Shown here in pieces: positions 36,135 through 48,310 of a DNA stretch of 64,000 nucleotides (position 1 is its first letter; every line of letters begins with the position of its first letter). The translations under genes were made by a program, and so were the position numbers. The DNA is from an uncultured Hormoscilla sp. (GTDB taxonomy: Bacteria; Cyanobacteriota; Cyanobacteriia; Cyanobacteriales; Desertifilaceae). The notes under the pieces were generated by a model. It was not told the DNA's origin. It made no database searches and worked only from the letters and a program-made list of their open reading frames with translations. The stretch is from assembly GCA_963921275.4 (NCBI GenBank), contig OZ001293.3, positions 3,936,001 to 4,000,000 of the forward strand, in the 5' to 3' direction.

Positions 36135-38377
36135 TCATCCTGGCTCCTCAGTTTCGTCATCCTTGTCATGGATACGACCTTTGCTGCCATCTCTGGCAGA
36201 CTTATAATCATGGCAATAATCGTGTAGCAACTGTAGGTTAGAGTACCAGTCCTTTCCTCCTTGCGAGACTGGTAGAATGTGGTCAACCTCCCATTTGTCG
36301 CCGTCCTTAAACATTAGTCCGCAATGTTGACATTTGCCCTTCTGTCTCTTGAGTAGGTTAATAACTCTCGTACTTACGTCCGGGCTTTTTCTTAGTCTCT
36401 GGCTCCAGTAGACTAGGTTACCGTCAAACGGGCTAGCTGTCCCCTTAACCTTTACGTGTCTGTGCGATTCGTTCTAGCCTAACGTGGTCAAACACGGAAC
36501 GCTAGCCCGGTTTCATTAGCCGGGAACTCTGACCGCATGGGGGTTAAATTCCCCTCCCCCCAGGTACGGGGGTGACACCGGTCCTCGGTGCTACGAAGCG
36601 ACATCATCGTGGTGCTAAGCGAGGACTCAAATGTAGGATAACTGGCAGCCTAAGCCGGTGACGCCGCTAGGAAAGATATCCAAGGTTAGAGCAGGCAAAC
36701 ATGTGCAAGCCTCGTTATAAGGAACCAGCGAAATAAGGCTATATGCGCTGGCCTAAAAAGGAAATGGTAGCTAGTATTAGTTTTAGACTCTGGCTAATAT
36801 AGTACTCAAATAGCTCCCGGGGTATAGTGTGGACCTAAAGGTATCGCGAAATGTTGTTAGGGAACGAAGTAACCTCTCGTGTGCTGTCCATCAGGACAAG
36901 TTAGATGTTAAGCGCAAGCCACGGGGGGAGGGATGGCCCAAGAAGCGAATGCCCGGGGTAATTCCTGGGATAACATCTACAGTAATGTAGATGATGCTGG
37001 GTAGCCAGCGCTGACGTGGGTCGGTGATACTAGGAAGCTGCTGGAATGAGTAATCCTAAAAAGCCACAGAACTAATCCGAACGCAAGTGGAGGATAAGGT
37101 ATGGATAACTGGTAAAACTGACTTGAAAATGGTGATACTAACGGTTATCAGAACAACCACTCGCTAAACCAGGAAAGGGAAGAAAAGACAGGCGGCAAGG
37201 GCTAACGGAAGTAATTCCTATTAAGTCTACCTATGAAAAGGGCCTAGTACCCAGTAGCCGGATGCGGTGAAAATCGCAAGTCCGGTTCCTCAAGGGAGGG
37301 TCGGGAAGCGATTCCCGGCTCGACCCCATCCGATTATCTCAGTTTCCGAGTGCCGGTTTAGCTTTATTTCTCCATTTTCTTTTGATTTGCCAGTGAACCT
37401 CCACCGGTCCTTCCCGGTTACGGTCCAATATTTTCCGGCAATCCATCCGCCCGACTTGTTGGGATGCCTTCTCTTTCCCCATTGCCACAGCAGCTTCCAT
37501 AGGTATTCGTCCATGTCATTGTAAGTTTCCTTACTTACCACCGTCTTGAAGTAGTTGCTCCATCCCCTTATCATTGGGTTTAGTTTGGCTATCAAGACTG
37601 TCTGTGGCGCCGATTTATGGCGGCGAACTATCTGCGATAGCTGCTCTTTATGATTCCTAATGGACTTATCGCTAGGCTTGATTACGGTCTTGAATCCTAG
37701 GAGGGTTCCGTCGCCGGATTTGCCGCTTCTGTATTTCCCTACTTTAAACTGTCGGATATTGAACCCTAGGAAGTCAAATCCTGGGCTTTCTCCTTCCAGT
37801 GTGTGGGATATCCTGGTTTTTTCGGCTTTCAACTCTAGTCCCACCCCCTTCAACCACTCTTTAATCACTCCTTGCGCTCGCTCAATCGTTGACCGGTCAT
37901 CGTGCATCACCACAAAATCATCGGCGTATCTAACTACCGTTAGCCTCCTTTCCTCTTTCTTTGTGCGGGCAAGATTCATTACTAATCTTTCCAGCCCATG
38001 CAGGGCTATATTGGCTAGCAATGGTGATATTACTCCGCCTTGAGGAGTTCCGGCTTCTGTGGTCTGCCATATCCCCTGGTCCATCACCCCCGGCTTTTAG
38101 CCATACCCGTATCTGTCTACGGATTAGCGATGTAGTATTCAATTTCTTTAGGAGTGTGGAGTGGTCGATTCTGTCGAAACATTTCGCAATATCCGCATCT
38201 AACACCCATTTTGGTTTTTGTCTGATGCTATTGAATATCGCTGCGAACTTTTTGCTTATTGCCTTCCTGTGCCGCTCTGTAAATTCGTTTTTGCAGCTTA
38301 AAAACTACCCTTTCCAGCTTTCGCCAAGGGGCCGCCTTCCATTCATACTCTTGCCTTTTGACTGAGTTCCGTGACAT
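36135..38377 (-). pseudogene. ltrA: Group II intron reverse transcriptase/maturase/HNH endonuclease, inactivated
   Basis: WRKLERVVFKLQKRIY, DADIAKCFD, GTPQGGVISPLLANIAL, RYADD, FDFLGF, LNPMIRGWSNYF, RHVKVKG..SPFDG, CQHCG..EVDHI..NLQLLH. Large deletion near 38240, frameshift near 38090, nested intron. Confidence 0.93.
36462..37331 (+). mobile_element. ORF-less group II intron, family A copy 4 (870 nt), nested antisense in the RT ORF
   Basis: Family A sequence with a 1-nt deletion. Removal gives HSETEII-RHVKVKG. Confidence 0.93.
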
Positions 38378-39004
38378 GTGTACTACTACTTACAACTTTA
38401 CAATTGACGAAACCGTGAGGGCGTCAGCCTATCCCATCCATTACAGACGGGCATTTGCTTCTCCACTCAATCTCCCAGTTGCGACCTGCCAAATGAAAGC
38501 AGATTTTTCGCCTGCGGTGGCTACTCCATCTATCGACCGGTGATGGAGAGTCTACAACCGGTTTACTTCGTTCCTACAGATGATTGGTTGTAACTTTAGA
38601 TGGGTTCTATACGCCGGGTTTATTGTCAGTGCTTACTGGTCGGGATAACATCCGCCAGTGACCATTATCCTTTCCCTTTTGGGGCCAGTGTGTCAGCCTT
38701 ATTTCACTGGTTTAATGTAACGACGCTGCAAACCTTTGCTTTATGCTCATCATAGCTACTTGCACGCTGCGCGAAAAATCGGCGATAACCGGTTTAGGCT
38801 CCCAGTTAGTACGCCTTTCATCCCCGCTTTACGGATTGATGCCATCTCTACCGTAGGGGAAGTGCTGTCACTTCTGCACCTTAAGGGGTGGACTTTCACC
38901 ACCATCATCTGTAAGTTATCAGGGCAAATGAAACCCTGTTAGCAGTCCCCCACCAGTTATTACTGGCGGTTTATGCTAAACGAATCGCACGAAATCATCA
39001 TTAA

Positions 39005-42000
39005 TCAGGTCTCATCAATCCCCTGCAGGGTGGCCATGGTTTTCGATTCAAAGTTAATCCAGGTATCGAGGCCCTGAGAACCTCCTGCTAGCGCATTCGC
39101 ATCCATATAATCTTCAAAGTCTATGATAGTATCCCAGCCCATGCCCGACTCCAAGACAAAAATATCGGCGTCCTCTCCTCCGTGGAGGGTATCGCTTCCC
39201 TCCCCGCCGATCAGAGTGTCCTCCTCCTCCTTCTCAAAGAGTGATAAAGTTAGGGGTTGGGGGTTGAAAGTTAGGGGTTGACGAGTATTGCTGAAGTTAA
39301 GGTCAGTAGGAGACTCGGCAACATTGTTCACATTAATAATCAAAGCCTCCGAGTAACTGGCCCCAGTAACGTCAATAGTCTGAACGCGGATACTGTAACT
39401 CGACCTCATCTCCAAAGCCGGAGAACTATTAATTAGCAATTGGTCCCCTACTATAGTGAAAGCAGCGTTATCATCCTCACCAAAACCAGAGATTAACCCG
39501 TAGGTAAAAGTATTTCCCCCGTCCGGATCGCTAGTTCCGAAAGTCCCCACGATCGCACCCACACGGGAATTAGAATTAATGCTGCCATTACTAAGAACTA
39601 TATCAGTAGGAGACTCAGCAACATTGTTCACATTAATAATCAAAGCCTCCAAGTAACTGTTCCCAGTCGAGTCGGTAGTCTGAACGAATATCCTGTAAAT
39701 CTCCTGAGTCTCAAAATCCGGAGAACTGTTAATTCGCAGTTGGTCCCCCACTATAGTGAAAGCAGCATTATCATCGTCACCGTCGCCCGAGACTAACTGG
39801 TAAGTAAAAGTATCTCCATTATCGAGATCGGTAGTAGACAAAGTCCCCACAACTGCACCCTCAGGAGAATCTTCATTGATGCTGCTGCTGCTAAGGACTA
39901 GGTCGGTAGGAGACTCGCCGACATCGTTGACGTTAATAATCAAGACCTCCGAGTAACTGGCCCCAGTCGAGTCGGTAGTCTGGACGCGGAGGCTGTAACT
40001 GGACTGAGTCTCAAAGTCAGGGGAATTGTTAATTCGCAGTTGGTTACCTACTATGGTGAAGGCATTGTTGCCGGAGACAAGCATGTAGGTAAAGCTATCT
40101 CCCTCGTCGGGGTCAGTAGTTCCGAAAGTCCCCACGACAGTATTGGCTGGGGAGTTTTCGTTGATATTGATGCTGCTGCTAAGAATTATATCAGTAGGAG
40201 AAGAATTCTCTGCTTCATCAATAACATTAATAGTCAAGACCTCCTCAAAACTATTACTAGCAGAGTCAGTAGTCTGGACGCGGAGGCTGTAACTGGACTG
40301 AGTCTCAAAGTCCAAAGAACTGTTAGTTAGCAGTTGGTCCCCTACTATAGTAAAGTTGGTCCCCTACTATAGTAAAAGCATTGTTGCCGAAGACTAACTC
40401 GTAGGTAAAGCTATTTCCATCGTCAGGATCGCTAGTAGACAAAGTCCCCACAACTGCACCCAATGGAGAGTTTTCGTTGATGCTGCTGCTGCTAAGGACT
40501 ATGGAGGTAGGAAAAGAATTCTCTGCAATATCATTCACATTAATAGTCAAGACCTCCTCAAAACTATTATTAGCAGAGTCAGTAGTCTGGACGCGGAGGC
40601 TGTAACTGGACTGAGTCTCAAAGTCCAAAGAACTGTTAGTTAGCAGTTGGTCCCCTACTATAGTAAAGGCATTGTTGCCGGAGACAAGCATGTAGGTAAA
40701 GCTATCTCCCTCGTCGGGGTCGGTAGTTGAGAAAGTCCCCACAACTGCACCCAATGGAGAGTTTTCGTTGATGCTGCTGCTGCTAAGGACTATGGAGGTA
40801 GGAGAAGAATTCTCTGCAATATCATTCACATTAATAGTCAAAACCTCCTCAAAACTATTATTAGCAGAGTCAGTAGTCTGGACGCGGAGACTGTAACTGG
40901 ACTGAGTCTCAAAGTCCAAAGAACTGTTAGTTAGCAGTTGGTCCCCTACTATAGTAAAGGCATTGTTGCCGGAGACAAGCATGTAGGTAAAGCTATCTCC
41001 CTCGTCGGGATCGCTAGTAGACAAAGTCCCCACAACTGCACCCAATGGAGAGTTTTCGTTGATGCTGCTGCTGCTAAGGACTATGGAGGTAGGAGAAGAA
41101 TTCTCTGCAATATCATTCACATTAATAGTCAAGACCTTCTCAAAACTATTATTAGCAGAGTCAGTAGTCTGGACGCGGAGACTGTAACTGGACTGAGTCT
41201 CAAAGTCCAAAGAACTGTTAGTTAGCAGTTGGTCCCCTACTATAGTAAAGGCATTGTTGCCGGAGACAAGCATGTAGGTAAAGCTATCTCCCTCGTCGGG
41301 GTCGGTAGTTGAGAAAGTCCCTACGACTGCATTATCAGGAGAGTTTTCATCAATGCTGCTGTTGCTAAGGACTAGGTCGGTAGGAGAGGAGTTGACATTG
41401 TTGACATTAATAGTAAAAGCCTCCGAGTAACTAAGCCCACCAGCATCAGTAGTCTGGACGCGGATGCTGTAACTGGACTGGGTCTCAAAGTCAGAGGAAC
41501 TGTTAATTTGCAGTGAGTTCCCTTCTATGGTGAAGGCGTCGTTATTATCGTCACCGTCGCCTGTGACTAACTGGTAGGTAAAGGGATCGGAAGAGTCAGG
41601 ATCGGTAGTTGAGAAAGTCCCTACGACTGCATTATCAGGGGAGTTAGAATCAATGCTATTCTTGCTAAGGACTATGGAGGTCGGAGGTTCGGGAATATCG
41701 TTGACGCTAATAGTCAAGGCTTCTGAGTAACTAAGCCCACCAGCATCAGTAGTCTGGACGCGGATGCTGTAACTGGACTGGGTCTCAAAGTCAGGGGAAC
41801 TGTTAATTTGCAGTGAGTTCCCTTCTATGGTGAAGGCGTCGTTATTATTGTCACCGTCGCCTGTGACTAACTGGTAGGTAAAGGGATCGGAAAAGTCAGG
41901 ATCGGTAGTTGAGAAAGTCCCTACGACTGCATTATCAGGGGAGTTAGAATCAATGCTATTCTTGCTAAGGACTAGGTCGGTCGGAGAGGAGTTGACATTG

Positions 42001-44978
42001 TTGACGCTAATAGTCAAGGCTTCTGAGTAACTAAGCCCACCAGCATCAGTAGTCTGGACGCGGATGCTGTAACTGGACTGGGTCTCAAAGTCAGAGGAAC
42101 TGTTAATTTGCAGTGAGTTCCCTTCTATGGTGAAGGCGTCGTTATTATCGTCACCGTCGCCTGTGACTAACTGGTAGGTAAAGGGATCGGAAGAGTCAGG
42201 ATCGGTAGTTGAGAAAGTCCCTACGACTGCATTATCAGGGGAGTTAGAATCAATGCTATTCTTGCTAAGGACTATGGAGGTCGGAGGTTCGGGAATATCG
42301 TTGACGCTAATAGTCAAGGCTTCTGAGTAACTAAGCCCACCAGCATCAGTAGTCTGGACGCGGATGCTGTAACTGGACTGGGTTTCAAAGTCAGGGGAAC
42401 TGTTAATTTGCAGTGAGTTCCCTTCTATGGTGAAGGCGTCGTTATTATTGTCACCGTCGCCTGTGACTAACTGGTAGGTAAAGGGATCGGAAAAGTCAGG
42501 ATCGGTAGTTGAGAAAGTCCCTACGACTGCATTATCAGGGGAGTTAGAATCAATGCTGCTGTTGCTGAGTTCTAGATCGGTAGGAGAAGTGTTGACATTA
42601 ATAGTAAAAGCCTCCGAGTAACTAAGCCCACCAGCATCAGTAGTCTGGACGCGGATGCTGTAACTGGACTGGGTCTCAAAGTCAGGGGAACTGTTAATTT
42701 GCAGTGAGTTCCCTTCTATGGTGAAGGCGGTGAAGGCGTCGTTATTATCGTCACCAGCGCCTCCGACTAACTGGTAGGTAAAGGTATCTCCATTATCTTC
42801 GTCGGTAGTTGAGAAAGTCCCTACGACTGCATTATCAGGAGAGTTTTCATCAATGCTGCTGTTGCTAAGGACTAGGTCGTTAGGAGACTCGTTGACATTG
42901 TTGACATTAATAGTAAAAGCCTACGAGTAACTAAGCCCACCAGCATCAGTAGTCTGGACGCGGATGCTGTAACTGGACTGGGTCTCAAAGTCCAAAGAAC
43001 TGTTAATTTGCAGTGAGTTCCCTTCTATGGTGAAGGCGTCGTTATTATCGTCACCAGCGCCTCCGACTAACTGGTAGGTAAAGGTATCTCCATTATTTTG
43101 GTCGGTATTTGAGAAAGTCGCTACGACTGCATTATCAGGGGAGTTTTCATCAATGCTGCTGTTGCTGAGTTCTAGATCGGTAGGAGGGGAGTTCTCTATA
43201 ACAATGTCAAAGGTATCTGTCCCTCGATTTCTCGCTCCGTCGATGGCGGTTACCGTCACGGTAAAGGTGTCTGCGGTAGTAGGGGTACCGCTGATAACTC
43301 CCCGACTGTTGATCGTTACGCCCCCTGGTAAACCGGTAGCTGTGTAATTGTCGATGTTGTTATTGATGTCGCCGAAATTTGCGCTAATGTCTATGTTGAG
43401 GTTATTACCTAGCAAGAGTTGGACGTCGGGAATCTCGGTTAAAACATAAGGGGGGTTTTCCAATCGCTTGAAGGCACTCAAATCTAGAACCTCTTGGGGG
43501 ATGCTGCCAGTCAGTTGGTTCTCTTCCAGAAAGAGAGATAGCAAATTGGAAAGATTCCCTAACTCCGTCGGGATGCTGCCAGTCAGTTGGTTGGAGAACA
43601 GCTGGAGATCCTCCAAATTGGAAAGATTCCCTAACTCCGTCGGGATGCTGCCAGTCAGTTGGTTGGAGTGCAGCAAGAGACGAATCAAATTGGAAAGATT
43701 CCCTAACTCCGTCGGGATGCTGCCAGTCAGTTGGTTGGAGTACAGCAAGAGATCATCCAAATTAAAAAGATTCTCTAACTCCGTCGGGATGCTGCCAGTC
43801 AGTTGGTTGGAGAACAGCTGGAGATCATCCAAATTGGAAAGATTCCCTAACTCCGTCGGGATGCTGCCAGTCAGTTGGTTGGAGTACAGCAAGAGATCAT
43901 CCAAATTGGAAAGATTCTCTAACTCCGTCGGGATGCTGCCAGTCAGTTGGTTGGAGTACAGCAAGAGATCATCCAAATTGGAAAGATTCCCTAACTCCGT
44001 CGGGATGCTGCCAGTCAGTTGGTTGGAGAACAGCTGGAGATCCTCCAAATTGGAAAGATTCCCTAACTCCGTCGGGATGCTGCCAGTCAGTTGGTTGGAA
44101 AACAGCTGGAGAAACTTCAAATTGGAAAAATTCCCTAACTCCGTCGGGATGCTGCCAGTCAGTTGGTTGGAGAACAGCAAGAGCCTAGTCACCCGGGAGT
44201 TAGCTACCGTCACTCCATGCCAACCATTAACAACAGAAGCATCGGGGAGAGTTGGGCTGTTGAAATTCCAGTCCCGCCAGCCTGTATTGTTCGTCCAAGA
44301 AGCCCCATTGGTGCTTTGATAGAGAGCCCTTAAGGCCTGATACTCCTGCTGGGGGATCAATATGCCCCCATAGGCCATCTGAGCTTCTGCGGACAATGCT
44401 AAGGGAGTTTTCATCCCCGGAGTTCGCCACTCCAACTTCCAATTTCCGCCCCGGGCTGCTGCCCCTGTCCGGGTAGTAGAGCCGGCGAGGGATGCCCCGG
44501 TTAGGGCCTGTAGCTTAGTCATCAACTTTTCTCCTGCATCTCCGGCGGCGACGTTACAGCCGTAGAGTAGGAGTTGTTTTACCTTCCACTTCTGCAGGGT
44601 AGAGGCGTAATCTCCTAGAGGATCTAAACTCAGTTGAGAGTTTCCCAGATACAGACAGCCAGGGCTGCCGTGGGAGAGTAGGTGCAGAACCTCTGTTTCT
44701 TTATGCTGTCGGAGAAGTTCGCTGATCTGTTCGATGCCATCGGACCGAAGGTCTAAGAGGAAAGATTTGGCCCCAGGCCGGATGCCGTCTATAAGCTGCT
44801 GGTAGTTTTCTAGGGAGGCATCCACTACTACGATGGTGTTGGTAAAAGATTTATGCTTCATTTTTTGGTTGCTGAATTGATTTTGAGGTGCTGGTGTAAT
44901 ACTAGCCCGACTATCGTCATATTTCTGACTTACGCCGGAACGAGTCGCAGTCGCACCGAAGTCTATCATATTTAACAA
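39005..44978 (-). pseudogene. Large surface protein: DUF4347-like + 10 LRR + Ig-like + about 13 cadherin repeats + RTX tail
   Basis: HLLSHGSPGCLYLG..LLYGCNVA, LxLxSNQLTGSIPTELGN x10, DFETQSSYSIRVQTTD repeats. Broken by TAG at 42921-42923 and a 22-bp duplication at 40332-40375. Confidence 0.9.
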
Positions 44979-45010
44979 ATCTTAACAAATATGGATTACC
45001 TACTTAGACT

Positions 45011-45457
45011 TTACGGATCTTTAGGTTTTTTTCGTCTCTGATACATAAAATTATTTTTTATGCTATACCGAGAGTTGGTCATTCTGACAATCCCGTTAAA
45101 GACAAACAGGGCACCATAGAGGTGATCCTTTCCCGAGCCACCAATGAGGGTGTTCCCTAACTCCGTCGGGATGCTGCCAGTCAGTTGGTTGCCGTCCAGC
45201 CGGAGAGACTCCAAATTGGTCAGGTCATTGAAATTGACTGTACCGCTTCTGACAAAGAACAGCCGGTATTGGTCGTTGCCATCAATGGTGTTGTCGTTCC
45301 CATTTATCGTGAGTTGGACGTCTTCTTCAATAAGGGGTAGCAACCCGGTCAGGGTAATATCTCCTGTGATGTTAATGGTATCTGCCTGACCGTTATTCGC
45401 GGAATTGGTAATGGCATCGGATAGTTCTGCTGGTGTATCTACGTTAAATGTAGCCAT
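45011..45457 (-). pseudogene. Mosaic ORF of surface-protein fragments
   Basis: Adhesin-like N-terminus, one LRR unit, one RTX unit, then GALFV. Confidence 0.6.
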
Positions 45458-45584
45458 AATATCTTCTGTAAGGGATAGATTTTTTAAAGGTTGGTCTTCT
45501 TTATTTAGGATACACGGCTTGGTGGAAAGTTAGGGGTTGGGGGTGAAGACTTTGAATAAATCGATTCTGATCCAGAAGAGCGCT

Positions 45585-46272
45585 ATTAAACTAAGCCAGC
45601 GGGTCGCCCCGCCGACTCGTCTTCAAAACCGGACGTGACACTTTCGCTTCATCCGGCTCCTCAGTTTCGCCATCCTTGTCATGGATACGGCCTTTGACGA
45701 GACCGTGAGGGCGTCAGCTTATCCTATCCATTACAGACAGGCGTTTGCTTCTCCACTCAATCTCCCCCTGTTGCGTCCTGCCTTCCGGAGAGCAGATGTT
45801 ACGCCTGTGGTGGCTACTCCATCTATCGACCGGTGATGGAGAGTACTGCAACCGGGTTATTTCGTTCCTACAGATGATTGTTAGTAACTTTAGATAGATT
45901 CTATACGCCGGGTTTATTGTCAGTGCTTATTGGTCGGCAAAACAACCGTTAACGACTATTATCCTTTCCCTTTTGGGCCAGTGTGTAAGCCTTATTACAC
46001 TGGTTTTTAGTTACGACGCTTACGAATCTTCGCTTTCGCTCATCATGGTTACTTGCTCGACGATAACCGGTCTAGGCTTCCAGTTAGTGCGCCTTTCATT
46101 CCCGCTTTACGGATTGATGCCATCTCTACCGTAGGCAATGTGCTGTCACTTCTGCACCTGAAGGGGTGAACTTTCATCACCATCATCTGTAAGTTCTCAG
46201 GGCAAATGGAACCCTGGTAGCGGTACTCTTTTTTTACCCGTTTCAAGTCAGTTTACGCTAAACAAATCGCAC
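45585..46272 (-). mobile_element. ORF-less group IIB intron C2 (688 nt), related to C1
   Basis: 5' GTGCGATTTGTTTAGC, D5 GAGCCGGATGAAGCGAAAGTGTCACGTCCGGTTT, end GGCTTAGTTTAAT. Only the last codons of the ORF remain in D4. Confidence 0.92.
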
Positions 46273-46420
46273 ATTCTGACCTATAATAAGTCTATTCCGA
46301 CCTATTATAGCGCTATTCCGACCGAAATAAGTATATTCTGACCGAGAATATACCTATTCTGACCTCTTATAGCTCATTCTGACCTATAAGAGCGCTATTC
46401 TGACCTATTATAGAGCTATA
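46273..46420. repeat. Degenerate ~21-nt tandem array (ATTC(T/C)GACC core, 7 units)
   Basis: ATTCTGACCTATAATAAGTCT / ATTCCGACCTATTATAGCGCT and similar units. Confidence 0.8.
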
Positions 46421-46814
46421 ATAGCCAAAAATCAGCAGATTCTTGGCGCGAATAGGTCAATTCTCTCTCATATTAAGCTTACTTTTGCCAAAAATAAGTC
46501 AATTTCACATATTTGAGCAAGATTACTCAATATTTCTAACCTCTCGTGGCCTAAAGTGCTCTCGGTCACCGTGACCGTTCCGTCAAAGACAAACAGGGCA
46601 CCGCCCATGCCTACCCCGCCGCTGCCCCCTTAGATCCCGTCGATCCGATAGCGCTGGCCGATCGTCTTTCTTTCCTGGTGTAGCAGTTCCATGCTCTCTT
46701 TTAAGACTATAATTGATTCTATGCAATTTTTTCGATCGTTGTCTCCGATTTTAATATTTCTTAACATTACCACCGAATGCAGCTAGCTTACCAATAACCT
46801 CTGACCTTTCACAT

Positions 46815-48092
46815 ATGAAAATCATTGCCTATTCCTACTGCGACCCTCTGTTAGAACCGCCCCTGGACCCTGGGGTTTGGGGTTGGGAGGTCGATCGGGT
46901 CTATAGAGATGCGGGCGGGCGTCAACAGTTGCAACAAATGTTGAGTGACTGTCGGACGACACCCGCGACTTATCTGTTAATTCGACGCTGGGAAGAATTG
47001 GGGGACTTGGTGGAGGAAGTAAATTCACATCTAGAGGAACTAGAATCTCTCGGCATTAATATTATTACCACAGAGTCAGAAGTTAACCGCAAAGATGTTC
47101 TGCAACTGCTACGGGAAATACAATATTACCAGCGCAGTCGCCGCATTCGTCAAGGACATGCCCGCAACCGCCTGCAAGGTAAACCGCCACCGGGTAAAGT
47201 ACCCTACGGATACAAGCGGGGTAAAAATAGCTATGCGATCGATCGGGCGGCGGCGCCAGTAGTGAAGGATTTTTTTGCACAATTTCTGCTGTATGGTTCT
47301 TTGCGGGGTGCGGTGCGCTATTTGGAGAAGAGATATGGCAAGAAGATATCGGTTTCTACAGGACGGCGGTGGCTGACTAACCCCGTGTATCGGGGGGATA
47401 CGGCTTTCCGAGATGGTGAGATTATCTCGGATACCCATGTAGCAATTATTTTACGAGAAGAGGCGGCCCAGGTAGACAGAATCTTGCGTCGCAACCGCCT
47501 CCTGCCACCTCGGACTGCTAGTGTACCCCGTTCTTTGGCGGGTTTGGTGGTCTGCGGGACGTGCCATTCCCAGATGACGGTTACGAGAGTCGCGCAGTAT
47601 CGAAAAAAACAGGAATATCTCTATTTGTGTCCCCTTAACTGTCTTAAACAGCCTCAGTGCAAATACCTGCATTATGAGTTAGTATTGCAAGAGACTATTG
47701 CGGCGATTTGTCGGGATTTACAAGGGGCGATCGGAGGTTTACAAATGCTGGATATGTCCCAAGTTAAGTCAGAAATTAAAGGGGCGATCGGGCGTCAAGA
47801 AGAGATCCTCAAGCAGTTGCCAAATCTGATCGAAAATGGCATATTAGATGCAGAAACAGCGGCGATCCGGGCTTACAAACTCCGCACGGAAATTGCGGAA
47901 CTGCAAGGGCGGATGGCGGAGTTACCGCCAGTAAATTTGCGATCGGTGGCGGAGGCAGTTTCCATCCCGCAATTTTGGTTAGACTTGTCGGAGTCAGAGA
48001 GGAGATTTTACTTTCGGGAATTCCTGCGTCAGATTGAAATTGTCAGAAAAGAATTAAATATCTGGGAGGTACGGCTGATTTTTATTTTTTAG
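46815..48092 (+). CDS. Recombinase family protein (large serine recombinase-like, Zn ribbon)
   Basis: PPGKVPYGY, WLTNPVYRG, THVAII, LAGLVVCGTC, coiled coil. Confidence 0.85.
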   Translation: MKIIAYSYCDPLLEPPLDPGVWGWEVDRVYRDAGGRQQLQQMLSDCRTTPATYLLIRRWEELGDLVEEVNSHLEELESLGINIITTESEVNRKDVLQLLREIQYYQRSRRIRQGHARNRLQGKPPPGKVPYGYKRGKNSYAIDRAAAPVVKDFFAQFLLYGSLRGAVRYLEKRYGKKISVSTGRRWLTNPVYRGDTAFRDGEIISDTHVAIILREEAAQVDRILRRNRLLPPRTASVPRSLAGLVVCGTCHSQMTVTRVAQYRKKQEYLYLCPLNCLKQPQCKYLHYELVLQETIAAICRDLQGAIGGLQMLDMSQVKSEIKGAIGRQEEILKQLPNLIENGILDAETAAIRAYKLRTEIAELQGRMAELPPVNLRSVAEAVSIPQFWLDLSESERRFYFREFLRQIEIVRKELNIWEVRLIFIF

Positions 48093-48129
48093 ATAATCGG
48101 GCGATCGGGGATCTCGATCTGCTTAAATT

Positions 48130-48310
48130 AAGAAACCGGGTTTTTTGGAAAAAACCGGTTTCTAGCATACGTGCGATCGCCCCCCGAAGCGAAGATTAAG
48201 AAACCGGGTTTCTGCAATAATTTGGGATACTGGCGACAGATAAAGAAACCCGGTTTCTGGCCTACGCGCGATCGCCATCGTTCGGGACCAGAAAAAAAAC
48301 AGGGTTTCAG
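48130..48310. repeat. Cluster of AGAAACC(C/G)GGTTTC palindromes
   Basis: About five copies here, and more near 2068, 4270-4350, 5296, 21110-21172 and 24276. Confidence 0.8.

Larger units (their letters stand above)
36071..38990 (-). mobile_element. Group IIB (chloroplast-like class) intron C1 with a decayed RT ORF; outer intron of a twintron
   Basis: 5' GTGCGATTCGTTTAGC, D5 GAGCCAGGATGAGATGAAAGTTTCACGTCCGGTTC, D6 ending GGCTTAGTTTAAT. Confidence 0.92.

Noticed and set aside
43468..44319. 283-aa repetitive plus-strand ORF
   Set aside because: It is the antisense shadow of the LRR array.
46273..46420. CRISPR-like array (also 21337-21620)
   Set aside because: The period is about 21 nt with degenerate units and no unique 30-40 nt spacers.
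46815..48092. Prophage or excision-element integrase
   Set aside because: No catalytic motif, att-like repeats, phage genes or split host gene were seen.
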